Part shown: positions 57,700 to 64,000 of the stretch, one piece after another | Layout of the letters: each line of letters starts with the position of its first letter | Position numbering within the stretch: the first letter of the stretch is position 1 | NCBI GenBank assembly: GCA_963718875.1 | Contig: OY970378.1 | Coordinates: forward strand, 754,433-818,432 | DNA: 64,000 nt | Direction of reading: 5' to 3' | From: Candidatus Parcubacteria bacterium | GTDB taxonomy: Bacteria; Patescibacteriota; Saccharimonadia; UBA4664; JBIOIQ01 | Translations under genes and position numbers: made by a program | Notes under the pieces: model-generated | Databases searched by the model: none | What the model was told of the DNA's origin: nothing | Seen by the model: only the letters and a program-made list of their open reading frames with translations

Positions 57700-58593
57700 T
57701 CAATCGCTACTTTCTAAAGCGCCGCGAAAAAACTTTAATGTTTTTTCCCAGGACTTTTCACTTGCCACTCTATTACCTTCAAGAGTACCTCCTAAGCTTA
57801 GCAGCTCATGAGTAACCGTATCTTCACTTACTGGCACATAGCTGCTTTCATCTAGGCCGGGTACTTTTATTCGATGCCCCGCATTTTCATAAGAGATGTG
57901 ATTATAAGCCTGTTCATATTGATGCTTTTCCAATCGCCGAGTAATCATTGCAGCCATTCTTTCTGATGGCCACAGCTGATCATCCTTACCCGAAATGAGC
58001 AAAATTGGACACTGTGCTTTCTCTATCTCAATTTCTGCGTTAACGTAGCTAGCAGAGTTATCTAATACCTTGTTGTACATATCAACCTTTGCTACAGAAC
58101 CATCCTGATTGAAGTGCGCGTATTGAGTCAGCCGGTCAACGAAGGGTAGGGGGTTACCCTTATAAGTCCAAGGAGGGAGACCATCAACACCATTCCACCT
58201 CACTCCGCTAGGAACATACACGGCCACGGCACCAACTTTGTGGTTAAGAGTAGCCAGCTCAAGCGCTGCTTCAGACCCTCTCGAGCTACCAATTACCCCA
58301 ATTCTCTGTCCTTTCACCGAAGAATGGTTTGTTAACCAGCTAACGGCATCAATAAAATATTCCATTGGAATATTAGCCAGACTACTGGGTAGACCGGCGG
58401 CTCCAAAATACCCTAGAGAAAACGCCGCAAATCCCGCTTGGGCCAGTCTATCCGCCACGCTATTCCCAACACCCCCAGACGAACCCCCGATACATAGAAC
58501 GGCTGGAACCTGCCTCTGATGGGATGGAACAACCAACTCACCTACAAGCCCATCACTTTTTAAGAGTTGGCGAGTAATATTTTGATCGTTCAT
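57700..58593 (-). CDS. alpha/beta hydrolase (BAAT/acyl-CoA thioesterase C-terminal or dienelactone-hydrolase-like)
   Basis: GSSRGSE nucleophile elbow and overall fold pattern. Confidence 0.55.
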   Translation of the reverse strand: MNDQNITRQLLKSDGLVGELVVPSHQRQVPAVLCIGGSSGGVGNSVADRLAQAGFAAFSLGYFGAAGLPSSLANIPMEYFIDAVSWLTNHSSVKGQRIGVIGSSRGSEAALELATLNHKVGAVAVYVPSGVRWNGVDGLPPWTYKGNPLPFVDRLTQYAHFNQDGSVAKVDMYNKVLDNSASYVNAEIEIEKAQCPILLISGKDDQLWPSERMAAMITRRLEKHQYEQAYNHISYENAGHRIKVPGLDESSYVPVSEDTVTHELLSLGGTLEGNRVASEKSWEKTLKFFRGALESSD

Positions 58594-58676
58594 TATTATA
58601 GTCTATCAGAAGTTCTATTGCCTCCCGAATGAAGCTCTAACTTCCTCCACGATGGGGAGCCATACAAGAGTTTTTG

Positions 58677-59195
58677 CTAGGCAGCGGCGATAGATTTTTG
58701 AATGACTTCTCGAGCAGCAGCGGCATCACCCCAACCATTGAAATGAACGTCTACGCCTTTCCAGTCTTTTTTCCAATCTTTGTAGTGAGAGTAGAAGTGC
58801 TCAACTATTTTGGTAAAATTTTCACCTAAATCGTCAAGCTCTTTAATATGATCCTTGGTGATGTCGTCAGCCGCTATGCAAATAAGCTTTTCGTCAGCCT
58901 CGCCATCATCAACCATATATAAAACCCCAATGGCTCGAGCAGGTACAACCACACCATGAGGCACTGACTCATCAATAACAATAAGCGCATCAAGCGGATC
59001 ACCGTCTTCGCAAAGGGTTTGGGGAACGTATCCATAGTCGGCAGGGTACTTAAGCATGGTAGCATTAACGCGGTCCAAGGTTAGCCGCCCAGTGGCTTTG
59101 TCAACTTCATACTTGTTTTGCCCTTCACCGCGACGAATTTCAATTATTACATTCACAACATTGGGGGCGTCTTTGCCTACAGAAAGTTCTTGCAT
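58677..59195 (-). CDS. ppa: inorganic pyrophosphatase (family I)
   Basis: Internal start MQELSVGKDAPNVVNVIIEIRRGEGQNKYEVD..., DGDPLDAL and DDGEADEK motifs. Confidence 0.8.
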   Translation of the reverse strand: MQELSVGKDAPNVVNVIIEIRRGEGQNKYEVDKATGRLTLDRVNATMLKYPADYGYVPQTLCEDGDPLDALIVIDESVPHGVVVPARAIGVLYMVDDGEADEKLICIAADDITKDHIKELDDLGENFTKIVEHFYSHYKDWKKDWKGVDVHFNGWGDAAAAREVIQKSIAAA

Positions 59196-59389
59196 AAAAA
59201 TCCTTGTTTGATTTAATTTGAGGCTAATATAAGTAAAAGTATACCATGTTAAACTACTCTCGAGTAGTTTGTGCAAAATGCCTAAGCGAGCACTTTAAGG
59301 TCACTTTCTATTGTAACAATGTCTATTACTGTGAGTGTGTAGGGATGGCTATAATCGCCACAGAATATTAATTAATAAGGAACAATATT

Positions 59390-59650
59390 ATGGACATTAT
59401 TTTATGGGTGGTTCTCGGGGCATTGGCCGGGTGGCTTGCATCAATCATTACCGGAAACGACGCGCGTCAAGGCTGGCTAGGTAACATTGTGGTGGGTATA
59501 ATTGGCGCCTTCATTGGTGGCTTCCTGCTGCGATTGTTTGGCACAGATGCTGGAGTAAGTGGATTTAATATATCCAGTTTACTTACGGCTATCTTGGGAG
59601 CCGTCATATTACTGGCGCTTACCAAAGGCTTCCGTCGCAAAAGCATTTAA
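59390..59650 (+). CDS. GlsB/YeaQ/YmgE family (transglycosylase-associated) small membrane protein
   Basis: MDIILWVVLGALAGWLASIITG...IVVGIIGAFIGGFLL, the family signature. Confidence 0.65.
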   Translation: MDIILWVVLGALAGWLASIITGNDARQGWLGNIVVGIIGAFIGGFLLRLFGTDAGVSGFNISSLLTAILGAVILLALTKGFRRKSI

Positions 59651-59662
59651 GCGCTTTTTTTT

Positions 59663-59693
59663 AAAAAACCGGCCCCTAGCGGCCGGTTTTTTT
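59663..59693. terminator. bidirectional rho-independent terminator
   Basis: AAAAAACCGGCCCCTAGCGGCCGGTTTTTTT: A-tract, GC hairpin, T-tract. Confidence 0.65.
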
Positions 59694-59721
59694 AGTGGGT
59701 TTAGTGATGAATAAAAAAACA

Positions 59722-59759
59722 CCGGCGGCAGCCCGAAGGCCGCCACCGGCTGATTTTTT
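59722..59759. terminator. second bidirectional terminator (also serves the minus-strand gene ending at 59767)
   Basis: AAAAAAAC-CCGGCGGCAGCCCGAAGGCCGCCACCGG-CTGATTTTTTG. Confidence 0.6.
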
Positions 59760-59766
59760 GCAAACC

Positions 59767-60438
59767 CTATATATCAGCTCCGCATTCCTGCATCCACTTC
59801 CAGTCTAGGCAGTACAGTGCCTCATCTATGAGCTCACTCAGCTCCTCACGGGTTAGCGCAAAATGCTCAGCGGTTGCGTCGAGAGTCTCAGGCTGACCCG
59901 TTACGAATCCGTAGCGGAACCTAATAATTCTTCGTCCGGCTTCAGTAAGTCGTTCCTGCCCCAAGAGCTTGTTCACATCCAGATTGAGGGCAGCTCGATA
60001 GAAATCGCTAGGAGTATAAGGAGAATAGAGTCGATAGGCGTAACGACCCCTAAGCAGGGCTCGGAGCAAAGCGACTCTTGGAGGTGCAATAATGGCCCTA
60101 ATTGCCCTGCGCGCAGCTTCTCGTGCTTCGGGAGAAGTATTTACCACCTCCATTTCTTCGTAGGTGATATCAAGCATAGACAAAAGCTTCTCTAGGACAT
60201 CGGCGTTTATGGCCTTGCTAATCTTTACGGAGCCCATCCCCATACGTGTGTCCCTTTTAAGATTGCTGAAGGCATATTTGGGCGAGACAACAATTGCCTT
60301 AATGGCTTTTGTGGCAGTTTGGCTGGCTTCTGGGAAATCAGTTAGCACCATTATGTCTTCATCGCTAATCCGCAAAGCAGCCACGAACCGCTTAAAAAGC
60401 TTACGCTTTGCTTCGGCAGACCTCGATCGAGCCGGCAT
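59767..60438 (-). CDS. hypothetical protein with C-terminal HTH-like (sigma-70 region-4-like) segment
   Basis: C-terminal TLDATAEHFALTREELSELIDEAL resembles a region-4 HTH. Weak. Confidence 0.35.
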   Translation of the reverse strand: MPARSRSAEAKRKLFKRFVAALRISDEDIMVLTDFPEASQTATKAIKAIVVSPKYAFSNLKRDTRMGMGSVKISKAINADVLEKLLSMLDITYEEMEVVNTSPEAREAARRAIRAIIAPPRVALLRALLRGRYAYRLYSPYTPSDFYRAALNLDVNKLLGQERLTEAGRRIIRFRYGFVTGQPETLDATAEHFALTREELSELIDEALYCLDWKWMQECGADI

Positions 60439-60528
60439 TGGACTACCCCAATCTGTAGGTAATATACGGGTAAGAGTAGTTTAGAATTTATAATTATTTA
60501 AACAAGAGTAAAATGCTTTTTGGCTCTT

Positions 60529-61320
60529 TTATTCTTTTGTCAGTAATTCGATCAATAGGTCGGTTTGACTGAAAGGCAAATTGTGACCGGCATTAGCGCG
60601 ATGAAGCTTTATATTAGCCATTTTATCCATTTGGGCAATAGAGGCCGGCTCCATCGAGGGGTCATTAATGCCAACTACAACCTCAACGTTATTCTTCAAT
60701 TCAGCCAAGTCAGCCAAAGCATGTTGATTAACAATCAGTTGGTCGCGCATGCCGACGTAGGACTTCCAAGTATGTGACGTTACGTCGTTGGTAGCAGATG
60801 CCGGAAGGTGGCTAAACGTCATTCGGGCGATCAAGCGCGGGATCACCTTGGTGCGGCAAAAAACAGTACAAACAAACCAAGCTGATGGCCCAAACAAAAC
60901 CCAGTTGGGAACAGCGACAGCCTTACCAAACAGGCGTTTGGCGCTTTTTGAGCTAGTATAAAAAACCGGCGCCGACAGGACTAGGCGCTTTACCCGACTA
61001 CCAGACTTCTTAGCCAAAGCGACTCCCACGATGGCTCCGACCGAGTGTGCTAACACGCTATAATTTCCCGTTACGCCGGCGCGAGTGAGAGCTTTTTCCA
61101 AGGTAAATACGTAGTCAGATAAAGCATAATCGGAGTCAGATGGCTTGGGTGAATCCCCCATTCCTAATAGGTCTGGCATAATGACCCGATAATTACGAGC
61201 CAATATCGGCGCTAATGTCTGCCAATAACGGTGCGAGCTGGCGCCGCCATGAATAAGAACTATGGGTTCCCCTTTGCCGAGAGTTTCGACAAATAATTCC
61301 GGTGTAACAACTTGAGTCAT
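60529..61320 (-). CDS. alpha/beta-fold hydrolase
   Basis: HGGASSHRYW... and AHSVGA nucleophile elbow. Confidence 0.6.
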   Translation of the reverse strand: MTQVVTPELFVETLGKGEPIVLIHGGASSHRYWQTLAPILARNYRVIMPDLLGMGDSPKPSDSDYALSDYVFTLEKALTRAGVTGNYSVLAHSVGAIVGVALAKKSGSRVKRLVLSAPVFYTSSKSAKRLFGKAVAVPNWVLFGPSAWFVCTVFCRTKVIPRLIARMTFSHLPASATNDVTSHTWKSYVGMRDQLIVNQHALADLAELKNNVEVVVGINDPSMEPASIAQMDKMANIKLHRANAGHNLPFSQTDLLIELLTKE

Positions 61321-61404
61321 GCTATTGGGTTAGTTATGAAAGAATAAACCAAATTGTGGTCTGGGGAGGTGCCAAACATAGGCTGTGTCATTAAAACTCC
61401 TTTT

Positions 61405-61779
61405 TTATTTACTGGGATCGTAAACCACTACTTTCACCTGGATTTTTGGGTGTAGCACGTCAAATAGGTCGTAGTTGCCGGCGAGCTCAAATTTTATCTG
61501 ATATTTGTCTTTTGGGCTTAGTTCGCCTGAGTCAAATATGGTCGGCGACGATGCAGTGCTTTTTATATGGTGAGCAATCCCATCCTGAGGAACAAACCCC
61601 ACAGTCTCACCGGTTTTAATAATGATTAAGGCCGGTTCAGCCTTATCGGCTTTTAATACAATCATGTGGTCCGGGTTAAAAGTTTTGGTAGCACTTACCC
61701 GCTCATAGCTAGTACTCACAGCCAGCGCTAACAAAAAAAATGCCGCCAGAACTAAGAATGCCGGGGTAAGTCTACGCAT
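61405..61779 (-). CDS. hypothetical secreted protein
   Basis: 124 aa with signal-peptide-like N-terminus. Confidence 0.4.
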   Translation of the reverse strand: MRRLTPAFLVLAAFFLLALAVSTSYERVSATKTFNPDHMIVLKADKAEPALIIIKTGETVGFVPQDGIAHHIKSTASSPTIFDSGELSPKDKYQIKFELAGNYDLFDVLHPKIQVKVVVYDPSK

Positions 61780-61782
61780 ACA

Positions 61783-62226
61783 TTAAGGGGTTACCACTAC
61801 TGTACCGCGCATATTTGGATGAGGCGAACAATGATAGTTGAAAGTCCCTACGTTGTTAAAGGTAAAGCTGTATTTTTGGCCTTTTCCGATCAGTGGTCCA
61901 TTAGGACCTCCGGCCGGGCTACTATCGTCACTCACTACGTTATGGCTTGCTGAATCCTGATTTGTCCAGGTTACTGTAGTACCTTTTTTTACCCTCAGTT
62001 CATTAGGCTGAAAGTCGAAGTTTTGAATTGTTGCATCAACAGCCGTTACTTCATTGGACGTGACTTGATCTGTTTCTTGGGGAGTTGGGGGCGCGGTGGG
62101 TGTGGGGTTCGACGTTGTTGCTGTTGGAGCTGGAGATGTTTTGGGGCTAAAAAGCACTAACCCTACTACCACAATGGCGGCTGCAACAATAATTGTTAAA
62201 ATTAACCAAGTGCGCTTAGATTGCAT
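61783..62226 (-). CDS. cupredoxin (plastocyanin/azurin-like) blue copper protein, membrane-anchored
   Basis: Type-1 copper ligand pattern ...H...C.PH.NM (SHNVVSDD; HCSPHPNMRG); N-terminal TM and Thr/Pro-rich linker. Confidence 0.6.
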   Translation of the reverse strand: MQSKRTWLILTIIVAAAIVVVGLVLFSPKTSPAPTATTSNPTPTAPPTPQETDQVTSNEVTAVDATIQNFDFQPNELRVKKGTTVTWTNQDSASHNVVSDDSSPAGGPNGPLIGKGQKYSFTFNNVGTFNYHCSPHPNMRGTVVVTP

Positions 62227-62362
62227 TTTTACTACCCCTTATTCAACGTTAATTCGATTATATACCACTTGATTGCCTATATTCAAAGCTAAGCAATCAC
62301 TAGCGAAGTTCGTCACATTTTTTACAGGTGACCATTCAGCTTAGTTGGGCGTGTGAATTTAT

Positions 62363-63565
62363 TTAATGATTTGCTTCTAGCCAGCGTTCCGCTTCAATTG
62401 CGGCCATACATCCAGTCCCAGCGGCGGTAATGGCTTGGCGGTAAACATGATCGGCTACATCCCCAGCAGCATAAACCCCTTCAATTTCGGTTCTTACACC
62501 ATCTGTAATGATATATCCTTGCTCGTTTAACTTAAGTGAGTTTTTAAAAATATCGGTGTTCGGCAAGTGGCCGATTGATTCGAACAACCCGCCTATCTCT
62601 AATGACGAGTTAGTTCCGGTCTTAGTGTTTTTAAGATTTAGAGACTCGAGCTTCTTTTCACCCACCAAGCCGACAACTTCGGTATTCCACATAACTTTAA
62701 TTTTTGGATGAGCGAGGGCTCGATCCTGCATAATTTTACTGGCTCTAAAACTATCACGGCGATGGATTATGGTAACGGACTTAGCAAAGCGGGTCAAGAA
62801 CAAAGCTTCTTCCATAGCAGAATCCCCTCCACCTACCACGGCGACATCGTTATCGGAAAAGAAAAAACCATCGCAGGTTGCACAGGTGGATAATCCGTGT
62901 CCAAGCAGTCTTTGCTCATCATCAAGCCCGAGCATAATTGACCGTGCACCCGTAGCTACAACCACGGCTCGCGCCTGAAGCAGTTTATCCCCCACCCAAA
63001 TCTTGAACGGCCGTTGGGAAAAGTCTACCTTTGTAACCTCTTCGGTCAAAAAATCCGTGCCGAACCGCTTGGCTTGATCCCGGAACGATTTCATTAGCTC
63101 TGGGCCCATAATGCCGTTCACAAATCCGGGAAAGTTTTCGACTTCAGTAGTTAGCATCAATTGACCGCCAGGTAGATTACCGCCAGGCGCTATGCCTCCA
63201 CCTTCAATAACTAGTGGCTTTAAATTGGCTCGGGCACTGTAAATAGCAGCTGTTAAGCCGGCTGGGCCGGAACCAATGACAAGAATATCGCGAATTTTTT
63301 GCTCTTTCTCCTCTTCTTGATACCCGAGCTTGTTGGCAAGTTCTGAGTCGCTAGGCTCAAGCATTACACTGCCGTCTGGCAAAGCCACTACAGGTATAGT
63401 CTGTAAGCCTCCGGCCAATGCAACTGCGGTTTTAGCGGCTTCTTTATCTTTTTCGATATCAAAATAAATAAACTTGGTGTTATGACGCGTTAGCATTTGT
63501 TTTGTACTTGCGCAGTCTCCGCACCAGCTGGCGCCATAAAGTGTTACCACAGAAGGATTTGCCAT
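62363..63565 (-). CDS. trxB: thioredoxin-disulfide reductase with N-terminal glutaredoxin/thioredoxin-like domain (fusion)
   Basis: N-terminal WCGDC redox motif, then TrxB core (GSGPAGLTAAIY FAD motif, CATCDG redox-active disulfide, GGGDSAMEEA NADPH motif). Confidence 0.8.
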   Translation of the reverse strand: MANPSVVTLYGASWCGDCASTKQMLTRHNTKFIYFDIEKDKEAAKTAVALAGGLQTIPVVALPDGSVMLEPSDSELANKLGYQEEEKEQKIRDILVIGSGPAGLTAAIYSARANLKPLVIEGGGIAPGGNLPGGQLMLTTEVENFPGFVNGIMGPELMKSFRDQAKRFGTDFLTEEVTKVDFSQRPFKIWVGDKLLQARAVVVATGARSIMLGLDDEQRLLGHGLSTCATCDGFFFSDNDVAVVGGGDSAMEEALFLTRFAKSVTIIHRRDSFRASKIMQDRALAHPKIKVMWNTEVVGLVGEKKLESLNLKNTKTGTNSSLEIGGLFESIGHLPNTDIFKNSLKLNEQGYIITDGVRTEIEGVYAAGDVADHVYRQAITAAGTGCMAAIEAERWLEANH

Positions 63566-63823
63566 TTATGCCGTTACAAGCCCAAGTGCCGCATCAATTT
63601 TGGGGCGGTCAAAGCCTAAAATGTGTTCCTCGGTGCCATCATCTTTTGTGATAACGGTGAAGGGCACCCCCATTTGACCAGAAATTTCGATCATTTGTTT
63701 GGCTTCCTCAGGGTGGAGGTCAACCAAAACATGATCATAGGCTATATTTTTTTCATCCAAGTACGCCATCTCTTGTTTACAGTATGCGCACCATGTAGTT
63801 GAGTAGATTTTAATTTTTGACAT
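63566..63823 (-). CDS. glutaredoxin-like protein (NrdH/Grx family)
   Basis: MSKIKIYSTTWCAYCK, a CxxC thioredoxin-fold opening; 85 aa. Confidence 0.7.
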   Translation of the reverse strand: MSKIKIYSTTWCAYCKQEMAYLDEKNIAYDHVLVDLHPEEAKQMIEISGQMGVPFTVITKDDGTEEHILGFDRPKIDAALGLVTA

Positions 63824-63878
63824 CGAGCCTCCTTACTCCAACCCCACCTCTATGCGGGTGGTGTTTAATCTTACTTAT

Positions 63879-63902
63879 AGTGTATCAAATAGTGTATCAA
63901 AC
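63879..63902. repeat. 12-bp direct tandem repeat (AGTGTATCAAAT / AGTGTATCAAAC) upstream of the glutaredoxin-trxB-cupredoxin operon
   Basis: Read directly. Confidence 0.6.
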
Positions 63903-64000
63903 TCGTCAATGATTAGTGATTAGACAAGGAAGCTAGGATTGCTCCCATTGCCATCAATGCCAAGGAATGGTAGCCCACAGTGATAAGGAGCCATTTTAAC

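Overview
This 64 kb window looks like a gene-dense, low-GC (roughly 40-47% by eye) bacterial chromosome segment. Its gene content fits a reduced-genome CPR/Patescibacteria (Saccharibacteria-like) organism: split transketolase, many small secreted or membrane hypotheticals, and a minimal set of pentose-phosphate/glycolysis genes. I cannot confirm taxonomy without a database search. Most genes are on the minus strand.

Recognisable content:
- Core DNA repair: ligA (partial), uvrC, uvrA, uvrB, xth.
- Membrane stress genes: htpX-lemA pair, secG.
- A tightly coupled four-gene two-component module: PAS histidine kinase, polytopic membrane protein, small ORF, receiver-only response regulator.
- A copper module: csoR with an upstream GC-palindrome operator, a DUF305 protein and a His-rich P1B-type ATPase.
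- Seven tRNAs (Leu-GAG, Val, Phe, Gly, Cys, Leu-TAA, Leu-CAG), three of them shadowed by truncated pseudo-tRNA copies.
- A sugar-phosphate block: pfkB-family kinase, LOG-like protein, fba, split tkt, rpe, rpiB, gap.
- ppa, and a redox cluster (Grx/Trx-fused TrxB, glutaredoxin, cupredoxin).
- A frameshifted IS30-family element with recognisable terminal inverted repeats.

The most striking signal is compositional. At least seven short islands of visibly high GC (roughly 60-68% by eye) are embedded in the AT-rich backbone. They carry Actinobacteria-like genes, several for lipid and phospholipid biosynthesis: an InhA-type FabI, PlsX, a CDP-alcohol phosphatidyltransferase, and a Clp-N-domain coiled-coil protein. 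Several islands sit beside tRNAs, pseudo-tRNA scars or the IS30. Their junctions share a small family of repeats: a 40-bp near-identical palindromic element, inverted TTGTCATCC 9-mers flanking plsX, and a 34-bp motif. This suggests laterally acquired gene cassettes, possibly from a high-GC host, inserted by a common mechanism, or a shared regulatory or recombination site.

Other items worth a second look:
- Paired GTC...GAC palindromes upstream of uvrA and uvrB.
- Two large perfect palindromes in one AT-rich intergenic region.
- Tandem heptamer and 12-mer repeats near promoters.
- A block of unannotatable genes that includes an HExxH protein.

Coordinates of manually located features may be off by 1-2 nt. 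I saw one off-by-one disagreement between my reading of the text and the ORF track near 29.4 kb.
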